64,000 nt of DNA from Adineta vaga (lineage: Eukaryota; Animalia; Rotifera), in assembly GCA_021613535.1 (NCBI GenBank), contig CP075492.1:7192001-7256000 (forward strand). The letters are read 5' to 3'. The position numbers and the translations under genes are program-made. This document shows, one piece after another, positions 49,901 to 63,694 of the stretch. The notes beneath the pieces were generated by a model, which ran no database searches, was not told where the DNA came from, and saw only the letters and a program-made list of their open reading frames with translations. The first letter of the stretch is position 1. Every line of letters starts with the position of its first letter.

Positions 49901-52900
49901 TTCGAATCAGAATAGAAATTTTCATTTGATTTCTTACGTATTTAATCGTTGTCGATGTGTATCAAATGTGTTTTTGATTGTTTGTAAATCTATTTTTGAC
50001 AATCCTGAATGTTCGAAATCAGTTAATTCTTCGTTTATAGTTGTAACTAATGGTTGAACTAATTGTAATTGTTTGAGAAGTTGTTGTAAACGTTGATAAG
50101 TTTGATTCCATGTTGCTGTTTGAATTTGAGCATTATTATCGATTTGTTCGGTAAGATCACGAACGCTTCGTTCAAATACTTCGAAACGATTAAGAAAAGA
50201 TTTACGTGATTCATATAAGCGTTCACTTTCACGAAGCTAAATAAGAATTCAACATTACTTTGTCTTTCTCAATGAATCGTTACTTCTTACTTTATCCGTA
50301 GTTAATCGATTAAGATGATGCCATCTCGTTTCAATCGACATTTGTTCTTCATGAAGAACGCGTTGACCTTCAACTGAACTATATTGTCTTAAATCATTTA
50401 ATTGTTTATGGAGACGATTATAATTCGATGTATGATGATGAATATTTTCATCTAATGCCTGAAATAGAACGATTATTTAGAAAACGAAATATATTCATTG
50501 ATAATCATTACTCGAAGTTCATTAAGTAAAATATTGATTTTATTTAAATCAAATAATTTATTCACGTCTGTTGAAGTAATCGAATTGACACGTTGTTCAA
50601 GATCAGAGAGAATTTGATCACGAAATGAATTCAATTCAGATTCAAATAATAACCATGCAGAATATTGTTTATCATATTTCGGTGTTAATTCATCCGATCT
50701 ACGTACAATTTCATTCCAACGTTGAGATAAAGATTTAATATGAGATTTTAAGTCATGTTGATCAGTAATAGTATGTTCTTCGTTTATTAAATTATTATGA
50801 ATGAGTAACATTCGACGACGTTCCTCAAGAAATTCCTGAAAATATGAAAAGTATGAAGACATAGAAGATTCATTTGTGTTTGTTACCTTATGTTTATCAT
50901 GTAATTGTTTAGCTTCTGTTAGATTCAAAGCACCAGTTTGATCAAGACGTTTGGTTAAATAATTTTCTGCTTGTTCAATCCATGGTTCTAATTGTTGTAT
51001 GTAACGTTCTGATGTTTGAACATGAGATCGACATTCAGCTAGTTGTTCTTCTTCTCGATTGACTTTCTCAGATGTTGACTCTGCTAATGTACGTAATCGT
51101 GTCAGACGATTTAGAGCATGTGGTAAATCTTTTGGACGAGAATGAAGTGATTGAAGATTTGAACCTTCAGAATGCAATGCTGATAACGAATGTAAATGTT
51201 CGCCAAGTTCAGTACGGATACGCTAAAATCGAAATGAATAAAACGAAAGATTGTTATTTATTTGGTAAATTTAATTTTTACTTCAAGAATTTGTTGTTTT
51301 TCTTCCAGTGGTCGTTCTCCGAACATTCTTGCATCAAACATCGAACCAATTTCTCGGAAAACCGTTTCTAAACGTTGTAATTCATCATTAAAATGTATCC
51401 ATCTGTCATTATCTTGTGTTAAATCTTGTAATAATTCATTAACTAATCGTGATTTTTCAAGCAATTCTTCTACCATATTATCATACTCTGTTTTAAGTCT
51501 TTGAAGATTTTCATAAGGTAAAAGATTATTTGATGAAATCGTTTGAAGATGATCAGCACTATCATCAAGAATAGTTTTTAATTCTGCATAAGAAGTGTGA
51601 AGATGCTAGAAAAGAAAAAGGAGAAGTCAAATTCAAACACAGTAAATAGTAATCTTTACTTTGCATGTATCAATTTCATGTTGATAGGATTGTACAGAAT
51701 TTAGATTCGATCTCAATCGAGAAAGTTCATTATTTAATCGTTCCATTTGCTGTTGATAACGACGTTTATTTGCATCAAAACGTTCCCAAAGTTCAAGTAA
51801 ATGCTATAAAATAGAAAAACTTGTCAACTAATTCGATCCTTTTATTCTTGTTATTTACTTTAAGTTTTGCTAATAAATCATGTGCTGATTGAACTTTGTC
51901 CTGATACAATTTTGTACATTCTGTACATCTTGTTGAACATATTTTGGTACCATATCTTCTTTCATTAATTCATCGGCTCGTACAACAAGTTCAGAAAGTT
52001 GATGAGAAAAGTTTTCTAAAACATCACAAACTTTCTTTTGACCTTGAACAGCGGTACGAACATCGGATAAATCTCGAAAATTAAGTGGTGCATTGGAAAT
52101 ATTTGATAGAGTATGACTTAATTGTTGACTATTTTCATGAATCATCTTTGCTGGTATGATAACTGTACAACGTTGTGATGTTTCATCGGCAGATGCAAGA
52201 ATCTGATTATAACGTGAGAGAAGAGCATCGAGACGTTGTCGATAACGAGCTGGATCTTCAGTAGCATGTTCTTCAATAAGTTCATTGATCAGTGCGGAAA
52301 GAGTTTTTACATCACGAGCAACAGTTTCGATTTGATCCATGGCATTCTGAAATGAATGAAAAAATGTGTTTATTGGAATTATTCAGTATCGATTTCTACC
52401 TTAAATTTATTAACAATTGCTTTGTATTGTTCAAATGAAACTTCAATATTTTGTGTTTCATTCATCAATCGTTCAATTGCTTCCATCCATGTTTCAACAA
52501 GACGAAATCTATAATTGTATATTTTCTCTCTTTTATGATCTATTCTATTCAGTTCAAACATACTTTTCTTCAAATTCTTGTCTTTGTTTTGGTATTGTTT
52601 GAAGTTTTCGTTTTACATTATCGATCTTTGTTTGCATACGATTCCAATAATCATTTAATTTTGTTGTTCTTTCATCCATTTGATCATTTTCTTGACTTGA
52701 AGTTGAACTTGTATCTCGACTACGAATATCACTTGCAAAAGTATGTAGATTTCTCAAATGTGTTTCCATTGTTGGTTGGAAATTGTTCAATTGAAAACGT
52801 TCATTATGACGTCTTAGAATATCTGATATATCTAATTGTCTTTCCATTTGTTTCATTTCTTCATTTAATTCATCTTCAGCTTGTTTTAATTCTTTAACAA

Positions 52901-55900
52901 TGGTATTTTCTAAACGTTCATATTGTAAACGTAATAAACGTATTGGAGCATGACAAACAATACTATTCCATCTTGATTCAAGTGTATCCATAAGATATTG
53001 AATTTCTTTTTGTTCACTTTCATCACGTATATGTAATAATTCTCGACCGGATTTAATAAAACCATGAAGAATTTCATCGTCAATTATTTGAAAGAAATTC
53101 TTATGTTTTTGTATGAGATATGCATAATCATCATGTTTTTCTAGGACGATTGTTTGAGCTTGTTCAATCCATTCTTCAAGATGTCGTAAACGTGAATGAA
53201 AATCTTTCCATAATTGTGAATGTTGATTGAATTCTTTTTCCCAATAGGATGATTGTTGACGAATTTGCTAGGAAAAGAATTAGATATTACTGTTATGAAT
53301 AGTAATGTAAAAAAAATTTACTTCGAATGTATCTGCTAATTGTTTGTATTGTTCATCAAGAGAAGTAAAATTTAATGGAACGGAATTTTCACTTGATTTC
53401 TTCATTGTATTTATTAATTTTGCTTTTGTATCCAATAAAGATTGATAATATTCCAAATCAGCAAAGAAATTCTAAATCGAAATATTGTAAAATAAATGAT
53501 AGGAAAAAGAAAAGGAAAACTTACGCGATGTTTTTCAAGACAATCATCAATACGTTTGACTGAAACTTGAATAGAATAACGACTTATATGTTGTTTAGCT
53601 TCATTCAACCATTGTTGACATTTTTGTAATCCATCATCAAATTTTTGTAAATGTCCTAACATAATCTTATTTCGTTTTAAAATAATTGGTAAATTTTCTT
53701 GAATATGACGTAATTTATCGAAACATATTTGTAATAATGAATTCATTTCTGCTGAACCATTCGATTCACCACTTTCACGTGCGATAGTCTGACTTAATTT
53801 AGAAAGAACTTGTATTGTTTGATTGAACATTTCTAATTCAGCTTGTGCATCCTAGAAATAACAATTGCATTCAAGAATTATCGAAAGAATACAGGGTTTT
53901 GTTTTTTGTCATACATAAAGACGATTTTCTTGAGTTTTAAGTGCTTTCGTTGTACATGGTAAGCATTCTTGCATTTCTCGATCAATTTTATCTAATGTAT
54001 CTAGTAATTTTGCTCGACCGGAATAGAAATCATCACGTTTTTTCTTGATCGATTCATCATGTTTAAATTGATGAACCGATTCTGTTACTTCTTTCCATCG
54101 ACGATTGATGAACAATAATTTATTCTGTAAAATTCGAGCATATTCTTCATTACAGACAGATATTAAACGATCGATTGCTAAATGTAATTTTTCATGAACT
54201 TGAGACCAATAATCGATGTTAGCAAAATAATTCTAACGAAAAAAAAAGATATCATACAACTCTGTATTTCTTTAGATAGTATACTTACAGTTTTCTCGTC
54301 GGATGTTCGAACAAGGATTTTTTCCCCTTCACTTAACCAATTTTCTAATGAATCATAATTTTCATGATAAATTCGCCAATTATTGAGTGTTTCTTCTAAT
54401 ATATGTTTCTTAGATTCCAAATCAATATTCGCACTTTTAACTGTTCGACGAATCTTTTCACAATATCCATTAAATTCTTTTGATCGCTCTTCGTCTATTT
54501 AAACAAACAAATAAACAAGTGGAATCGATTTGGATGTTTTAAATAAAATGAAACCTCGATTTCTTAATTGACTATAATTTTGTACTCGACGAGTTAATTC
54601 AGGTAGAAGACTTTCAATATTTACCAAAAGTTTCTCATCATAAATATGATGCTATAATCAAACAAAGAAAATGTACTTTTTTCAACTCGTTTATTTTCAT
54701 TTTTCGTACCTTGTATTCACTGTATAATGATTCCGTTTGATTTAGATCTCCTTGTTTTTGATTCAATATTGTCATCAAAACTTCTAATTGACTAACATAC
54801 GATTGAACCTTCCAACGGATTTCTTCAAAATCTAAATAACGTCCATGTTGTTCATGAGTATGAACTATTGTTTCAAGACGTTCATTTAAATGTGTTAAAT
54901 GTTCATTTGAAATTTGTTTATTAACAATAGTAGGATCACGTTTAAGACGTTGAAAATCTGTTACCATTCTTTCTCTATCACTAAAAATTGCTGTATATTC
55001 TTCATTAAGTCGATTAAAATGTTCGATATTTTCTTCGGGTGATAATCTCATTGGATCAAAATTCATTTCTCGCCTTAAAACTTCTTCAGCTGTATTGATC
55101 CAATCAGCAATTTGTCCCAATTCACCCGGAAGATTCGTATCTAATTTAAATCTCCATCGATCCATTCTGCAAAAAACAAACTTATCAAACTCAACATGAA
55201 TTCTATCAAAAATATATTTTTTACCTTAGAGTAATATCATCAAATAAATCTTTCATTTCAGTTAATTTTTCACCGGGAAAATGCGATGATTTCGATTCTT
55301 TACGTTCAAATGTTTTCCACTGTTTTTGTTTATCAATAAATTCTTTCAATTCTTTACAATAATCCTATTTTGATGAAGAAATTCTTACGGTTAATCAAAA
55401 AAGCAAATGTAAACAGAACATGTTTCATTACTCTATATTCCGCTTGATTGTCAACGATCGGAGCATCAATAACAACTGTTAAACGTTGTCGTGTGTCGAC
55501 TAAATATCGAAGAAGTTCACCATGTTCTTTATTGACAGAACCAAATGGCTAAATGAAAGAAATCTTATATGAATCATGACATGTATAGGTATATTTCGCA
55601 CCAAATCAGGATATCGACGAGAGAATTGACCAACGTAAGTCATAATCGATTTTTCATCTGGTTTATTTACATCGACATCTATAAAAGGCAAAAAAGAACG
55701 AAGATCTTTCGATGTATAAAAAGGGACAAACCTTCAGCATCCATCAAACGTGGTACACCAAGATGTTCTTCAGCAACAACAAATGCATTTTCCAATCTAT
55801 CTCGAACTTCCATTTGTTGAACACGACGCAAATCGACTAGATCAGGTCGAATGCCATGAACAAGAGCATTAAAAGCCAAACCATCACGCCAACTTGTTGT

Positions 55901-57668
55901 AAAATCTCGCACATCTAATTCATCATTTTTTCTAATAGAAAGAAAAACAAAAATATAAATAAATATCTTTCTCATCATATTCAAGAATTAAGAAGAACTA
56001 AAAGAGGCTCATGCATATATCTCACCGACGATGTGTAGGAGATGAATAAAATCTAGATTTGATTAGTAGAAAAAAAAACATCAAGAAAACAAAATCTCAA
56101 TAACCTACCCGGTTTTCTTTCGAACCCATTCAAGTAAATTTTCTTTTGGTTTACCACGATTCTCCTTCGAATCATCATCATACGTATTTGTATCTTCAAT
56201 CTAATCAAATTTGAAAAATCTTTTTTTTCATATTAATGAACTTCTATTAAGAATTTGAAGGAGGAAAGACAAGGCTGCCTTGAGGTTCTTTTATACACTC
56301 TTCGAAAATAACAGAACTGATGGAGATCAACACCTTGAAGGACTTTCATTATTCATCATCAATAAAAAAATAAACTCTGACCTTTTCATTTTTTGATGAT
56401 GAAAAAAATTGCATATGTACTTTGTTCACAAACGGGAAAAAAAAGAAGAAATTTAACGTTAAAAAATCATCTACTCACTTTCATTTTCAACAAGTCTCAA
56501 TAAATGTCGCACATATCTTTACTTCCATCCCTGATATACTCATTGTAATATGAAACATCATCAAAATCTCTCTTTTTTTTTTGAACGTGAACAAAAAGTT
56601 CTATTCTTCATCTTTCTATTTGTTTAGTAGTTTAATATTTCAATCAATAGTACATTTGTTATACAAACACTCCTATCAAGTATCTCAAACGTTTAAATTT
56701 AGGCAAAAAAATATCAATGAATTCCTAAAAATTTTACCTGATAATGAAGAATTAACATCCAAATTAAACCTAAGATCATCATCGGTTTTCCATCGACAAT
56801 ATCAATAGGACGAATATTGACTAGTTTGATCTGAAAAAGAATCGTACAATTATAAAATTCTTATTGTTTGTTGTTTATTACCTTTCGACTTTCGAGATAT
56901 TTTAATGCATTGTCTACATTACTAAGACAATGAGCTCTTTTATTACCTCGTTCTACTGGCTAAAAGAATTACGGAAAATTTTCATTTGAAAATCATATTC
57001 ATTGTTTTCAAACTTACTAATGTTTGTCCTGAGAGTGCTTCAACTAAAGCAATAAGTTTTGTTCCATCTTTGAAATCTTCGAATAGATCATCGATATAAT
57101 ATGGTGGTTCATGTATTGATAAGTAAATATTAACCCATTTTGTAAATGTTTTCTTTTGAACACGTTCTTGTTCATCTAATGAAATAAAAAAATCAAACAA
57201 AATTCTTTTCATTTCTTTCGTTTTTTTCTTCTTCTTCTTCGAATAACCTGCAGATGGAAATGAAGTCGAAATAATACTTCCACTTAGTGATGTTTGCCTC
57301 TGAAGACAATGACATGATCCGGAAGGAATTCCATGAGATTTCTTCAATTTTTTTTTCAACATATTAAATTTAAACAAATGAAAGGAGAAAAAAGGAGAAG
57401 AAGGTTCGAATTGATTACAAGGTTTTTCTATTTTTACATCAAACAGATGCGCGCGTCTGTCGAATATATCTCTCATCAACCACACAAATTCGTGGTTTCG
57501 TTCTTCTACAAGTAACATTTGATATATCTTACTTTGAAGTGTAGTGATACTTTCTTCCAATTGATTTCGAGCAGATGTTGGTCGAGAAGTACTGCCTGTT
57601 GTCGTGGGAAGATAAGGTGATAGACGAGAAGCAGTTGGCGATAAACTCGATTGAATTGGACTACTCAT
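34953..57668 (-). CDS. SYNE1: Giant nesprin-1/MSP-300-like spectrin-repeat protein (tandem CH domains plus many spectrin repeats; roughly 6000 aa estimated)
   Basis: [15 protein letters not shown]; [23 protein letters not shown]; [17 protein letters not shown]; [10 protein letters not shown]; [21 protein letters not shown]; C-terminal [20 protein letters not shown]. Dozens of short introns; last exon GLYQ* with AATAAA overlapping the stop. Confidence 0.9.
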
Positions 57669-59406
57669 ACTTATGAATAAATTCTCTATCTAAAACAAAA
57701 CGACAAATTTCAATCTTTCATATTTCATAATCCTGCCGGTAAAAGAACAAAAGAGCTGTTGTTTAACCACATTTCTTTTTTGTTTATGACGAGCATTTTT
57801 ATTCAAGGTGTATTGATGGAAAATGAACAACTTTCTCTCTCTCTCTCTCATCAATTCTTTCTTTTCTGTTATGTCTGATTTCTTTTTACATAAGTGGTTG
57901 AAGAAGAAAAAAAAAACTTCAAGAAGTATATGTACACTTAGATCGAATTGGAAAGTTTAGAATAGTACAATGACCATTTAATCGCAATGATATCTATATC
58001 AATTCGATGAACAGTTAGAAAACTTTTGTTTCATTTCTTTGTAAACTTGGTCTGTTTTTTTCCTGATATGAAATTTCGTTCCTTTGTCCATCTGCTTTGC
58101 AAGCAGTCGAAGTAAAACACTTAACAGTTCAAGTATACGCATGTGAATTTTTTATGTTTTATCTTTCTTTCTATTATTTGTAGTCATGCATGATCATTGA
58201 AGAAGAAAAACAATTCGTTGATCAAGTAAACGAACCATCTAGTTAAAAGCATCCATATAAATATTTTTTTTCTCTATTCTTTACAAAACTGATTGAAAAC
58301 CGAAACAGAGTTGATTATTAATTTTTCTTCTAGGCGAACATGGAATTTCGGTTTCTTTTTTCTTCTTCTTCTTCTCTCTCTCTTCTTTTACATATTTCAA
58401 GATTCGATTTAACATCAGAGAAACAGAAACCATTTTTTTTCAAGCAACAAATGAAATTATCCAATGAAAACTATCAACTCCAAACGAACCTTGAAAAAAA
58501 CATATTAAAAATTCCATTCCGTTGAATTATCAAATTTAGAAAAATGAATCAACTCTCAAATCTATGCCATGTTTACATTAAATACTTGATCTACTAATTT
58601 GAAAAGTACTTACATGTTTCAATTATATCTACATTGAACATATAGAGAATACGCAAATAATATAATAATGATATTTATAAAATACAATTTTTTTTCTTTG
58701 TTTACCTGCTTAAAAATCCTATTCATTATTGCTCTCCACGGAAATGAATAGACAATGATATTGATTAACGTCTGTTTTTTTCCCAAAACTCTGATTTATT
58801 TCAGCTTGTGTCTTTTCGTCTAGACATACATGATAGGTAAATGCAATTAACAAAACATGAAGTAAAATAGAATCTAAATATAAATCTCTCGATTCTTTTT
58901 GCATCATTTTATGACAAAATTAAGAATCTTAACATTAAATTGTCCTCATTGCTACTCAACTTATGTTTTCGAGAGATATGCAGTTCGATGTAACAACAAG
59001 GACATTGTAATGATATAAATAACACTAATAAAATGAGTTTATGATGATAAGGCAACTATAAAATCTCGAGAAACAGGGGTGCAATATGTGAGAACTTTTT
59101 TTTGGTGAAACTTCAGTTTTACGAGAAAGTCGAACACGAATGAAACAAGATTTCGAAGAGATAAAGACAAGTATATTCTTTGATTTGATTCACATATTTA
59201 CATTAAGTATGAATTATTAACATTTACGAGTCGGTACAACGAAATCTATAACTACACTCCTTTTTATTCGTTCTTATGATGTGTATTATGGGTCAATTGG
59301 TTTCGAAAGTTAATAGAACATTGAAGAAGTTTCAATACACAATCATATTGAGATGTATTGATTTTCAATTAGCATATTTCGTCAGCAAAATAATGTACGA
59401 CTTCTA

Positions 59407-59447
59407 TTTCAGGGGGGTGTATTTTTGAGAAATGCATCCCCCTGAAA
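59407..59447. repeat. GC-rich 18 bp hairpin upstream of the zinc transporter
   Basis: TTTCAGGGGGGTGTATTT-ttgag-AAATGCATCCCCCTGAAA; on the + strand both mismatches are G.T wobbles. Confidence 0.8.
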
Positions 59448-59566
59448 AAAAGAACTTACAAAAATTATCTAAAATTACTCATGTGACAGGGGTGCTGTTT
59501 TGATTCAATGAATATATAGATGTGTAGTTTCAGATTTTATTCTAAGGTTCTTAATAGAAAACTACG

Positions 59567-61032
59567 ATGTCATCTTCACATAATGACCATGCACACGATC
59601 ATCAGCATCATCATGCCCATCAACGACGAGCACTCTTTCGAACAAAAACATTTCGTTTACTAGTAATGCTGACGATGACATTTTCATTTTTTATTGTTGA
59701 ATTAATTGTTGGTAATCTAACAAAATCTGTTGCACTCGTGGCTGATGCATTTCATATGTTATCTGATGTTATTTCATTGGTAATTGGTATTGTTGCTGTT
59801 CGAATTGTCAAGCGTCGATCAAATGCCAATACATTCGGATGGGTACGAGCTGAAGTTGTTGGTGCTAATATAAATACCGTTTTTCTTTTGGCACTTTGTT
59901 TAACGATTATATTTGATGCTATTAAACGTTTTATTGAACCTGAACCTATTGAAAATGTCAATCTCTTACTAATTGTTGGTTCTATAGGTTTAGGAATAAA
60001 TATTATTGGTTTATTCTTATTTCAAGGTTTTCATGGACATTCACATGGTGGTCATTCACATGGACATGGACATGGACATGCCAAATCAAATGAAGAAAAT
60101 GGTGATAACAATAGATTTGAACGACATAGTAGCCGAGCTCTACAAGAAGTATAATTTTAAAACTATTTTTAATTCTTATTCTTTTCATTTGTGAAATTTA
60201 GGTTATTGCTGATAGTGTAATTCAAGCTGAGAGAGAGGATCAACCAAATCAGGTTGCCATAGAAACTAAAGAGAAAGGTACACATGAGAAGGAAGCATCA
60301 ATGAATATGCATGGTGTATTTCTACATGTCTTAGCTGATGCTCTTGGTTCCGTTGTTGTTATTATAAGTGCTTTAATAATTAAATTTGTTCCACACAATG
60401 AAAACGATAGAAAACATTGGACAATTTATATTGATCCAACTCTGTCTGTTGTGATTATAATTATCATAACAATTTCAACAATTCCACTCTTTCGAGATAC
60501 ATCTTCGATATTACTTCAAACAATTCCTAAACATCTTGAAATTCATCGAATTAAAACGCAATTATTAGAAACCATACCCGAAATAAGTAGTATTCATGAA
60601 TTACATATTTGGCGTTTAACCGATGAGAAAATTATTGCTAGTGCACATTTACATCGAAAATCTCTTACTAATTATATGCTTGTTGCTGATAAAGTGAAGA
60701 AATTTTTTCATTCTATTGGAATACATTCAGTTACAATGCAATATGAATGTGATGATGATTATCAACAAACACCAGTCTTACATCGAAGTGATGATATTGA
60801 ATCGAAAATAGCAGGCGATTGTTTATTACGTTGTGAAGATAGTGCGTGTGATAGTCAAGCATGTTGCACAATAGTATCAGTTCGTTCCAATACATTATTA
60901 AATGATAAAGATAATCTTGAGGGTGATAGCAATACAATACAAGTTTCTTCTATCAGTCGACCATATCAACACACTAATCCTATTGAAACTCTTATTCCCA
61001 TGGATGAATTGAGTGTACATGAAAAATTTTGA
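59567..61032 (+). CDS. SLC30A1: CDF-family zinc exporter, ZnT1/SLC30A1-like, 2 exons
   Basis: ALVADAFHMLSD; NTFGWVRAEVVGANIN; His-rich loop HGHSHGGHSHGHGHGH; MNMHGVFLHVLADALGSV (HD-HD zinc site); IHELHIWRL; FFHSIGIHSVTMQYE; Cys-rich tail. Confidence 0.92.
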
Positions 61033-61352
61033 AGAATGTGCTTCTCGTTTTTTTTCTTTATATAGTTTAATAAAATATGTCAGAGCAAAAAATCTTATTT
61101 CTATACAAGTGAAGACTATGTACACTTCATTCATAGTTATTTTGTTATTAATGGAAACGACACCGATAAGAATGTATATATGTTTTCATCAGAAGTTGAA
61201 GATCTTGGAGAGTAAATGTAAGGAAATGTTAATTAGTAGTTATTATTATTTAATTGAGCAACGTAGCAAAGCACTTCCGAGAAAAAAGAGATGATATAAT
61301 TAATCTAGTTAATATATCAATTGGATGAGTGAGGACAAAGAAATGCTCATCT

Positions 61353-61880
61353 TTAAACATTTAATTGTCGTTTAGCAGAAAACTTCCAGCATGTTTTGCG
61401 CCAGACAAACCAACGTGAAAGTTGACCGGGACGACTTTTGGGTGCCAATGAGGTGGTAAATAATTGAACAGCAACCTCACTAGATTCATCATATAAATCG
61501 TGCCAACTAGTCAGATCTGTCATGGCAAATCCTGAACATTTTGAATCTTTATTACATTTTGAAACGGCATCCGAATATGTAAGAATACAATAAGTAGGAA
61601 CTAATGTATCGCCTGAACATTGATAACTCTTATCATCGTAAAAGAGGATTCCATTTGTATCCAATTCATAAGTATACCAATTACATGTTTTACTGAAATA
61701 AAAAGGAAGATCAAAAATATCTGTACGCATCTCTTATACGTACTCTAATTGTGTTACTGTACGAGATTGTAATTCATATTCTTCTTCATCAGGATCTTTT
61801 TCATATGACACACGTTTTATTGTTTTAGTCATTGATGGAATAACAATGGCTATGATCAAAATTACATGCATGAAACGCAT
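61353..61880 (-). CDS. Small secreted cysteine-rich protein of unknown function, 2 exons
   Basis: Signal peptide MRFMHVILIIAIVIPSM, acidic pro-like segment, intron ~61742-61694, then a 6-Cys domain (CSGDTLVPTYCILTYSDAVSKCNKDSKCSGF). Confidence 0.7.
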
Positions 61881-62396
61881 GATTATTGTTGTTTCACTTG
61901 TGTTTTATTCAATAGATTGTATAAAATACAAATGAAAATAACTAAATAAACGACGACGACGACGACGACTTTAGAGTGACAAATTTTGTTTTGTATATAA
62001 TTTTTTCTATACGGATACTATGAAAAATTTATCGAAGCATGACGAGAAATAAAGAAAAGGAAAAGCGCAGTATATTCGCTGTCTCTCCTCCTTCGTCTGA
62101 TTATTCATCATAGTAATCATTATGATGAAGAACGACAAACACTAAAAAAACAAATGATTCAATTTCAACTGACATACTTCTTATCCGATAATAAATGCTT
62201 GGTTTCATGTATGCATTTTCTTTAAAGCAATACTAGTACTAAAGATGTTTTTGTACGAATAAAAAACAAAACAAATTTTTATTTAAGCATTTAGTGAATA
62301 AATTGTTGCAAAGATCAATGGCTATAAAAGCGTGTAATTTTGTGTCTTTTTAATGTAATATCAACATTCTACAGTTCATTCATCCAATATTCTCAA

Positions 62397-63694
62397 TTAA
62401 GATGTGTTATCATCACATGTACATAGTTTACGTTGTGCAAGTTGCGGATCTTTTGTATGCCAATAACCACGAAAAAAATAGTCATCATTATAGAAATACT
62501 TACAAAAAGTACACCTAAAATTGGCACGTTTTGTAAAAGTTTTTCGACCGTTACCACTAGAACTCCAATACCAATCACGACAGTTGCCACATTTAGCACA
62601 GGCATGTCCATTACAATCGAGTTTCTTATTTGAATATTTTGATTTAGCTGATTCGACTACTTGTGAGTCTTCTAGAAACAAAGAATTAAAAGCCTCAAAA
62701 TTGTTCGTAATATGATATTCATTATCACTGCTTCTCAATTAGATATATTAAGTCAATTTATTCATTCTGATAGCATTCGATCCTCTTCAAAAAAAAAGTA
62801 AAATGAACTTACTCTTTTCGGGACTTGATATTAATGCCGGTTTATCTTCTTTCTTCGGGATACTTGATGCTGTTGCAGGTGGTAATGTCTTCTTCAATTT
62901 GCTAAGATCAAATGGATCGGCTAACATAGGATGAGGTGGTAAAACTTCTTGTAGATGAATAATATTCAATCCATCATCAGAACTTAAGCTGCCAACTACT
63001 TTAAGAAAGATACCTGGTGGTAAAAGTATTTCTTCTTCATTCTGAAAATATGAATGATTTCGAATAAGTTTAGCACTAGTTGTTTGTATCGAAAATATCG
63101 TTCTCGTTCCAGATGTACCCAAATAATTTGGCATTTTCAGGACATCAATCGAAGTACTACAAGAACTGAATGCCCACCAAGCAAATTGTTTATCTTTTGG
63201 ATAAAGAGCAGTCAGATCTTCACGAACACCACGCCAAATAACTGTATGTACACTTGTTCTAAGATAAACAGAAATCTTAATTAATTTGAATACTAAATTT
63301 TCTTAGTTTTCACTCACGGTAGTTTAAAAAAAGCCGTAAGAAATAATTTTAAGTATCGAAACCATGGTCGCAATTCATTACGATCAGATGCACGTAAAGT
63401 TCGGTTCAATATCATATATAAGCTGTCGTCATGGTTTGTCCATTCCATAGTATATAATTGAATTGCAGCAGATTCATCAGAAGTGAGTTCATCTACCGGC
63501 TCCATCGAATTCATTTTAGCAGTTGTTATATAGATTGGTAGATCTTTGACAATATGTGGTTGTAATGGTTTACAAGCTTCTTCAATAGGCAAAAGTGGTT
63601 CATTTTCATAACCAGAAATTGGCAAAAGCAATCGCTTGGGTTCATCACGAATACTTTCCACAAGACGTGGATTAAAATCAACTGTTGCAGCCAT
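62397..63694 (-). CDS. NAD(P)+-arginine ADP-ribosyltransferase (R-S-E toxin-type fold) with Cys-rich tail, 3 exons
   Basis: DESAAIQLYTMEW; SLYMILNRTLR; LRPWFRYLKLFLTAFFKLP; VWRGV (R); WWAFSSCS (S); HSYFQNEEEILLPPG (ExE). A phase-1 intron 62812-62672 joins the tail CNGHACAKCGNCRDWYW...CTFC...CTC. Confidence 0.88.

Noticed and set aside
35017-57668. Treating the many minus-strand ORFs as separate genes
   Set aside because: They are joined by GT-AG introns, in compatible phase where checked, into one spectrin-repeat gene.
59590-59736. TGCACAC and TGCACTC MRE matches
   Set aside because: Both fall inside the ZnT coding sequence and are explained by His/Ala/Leu codons.
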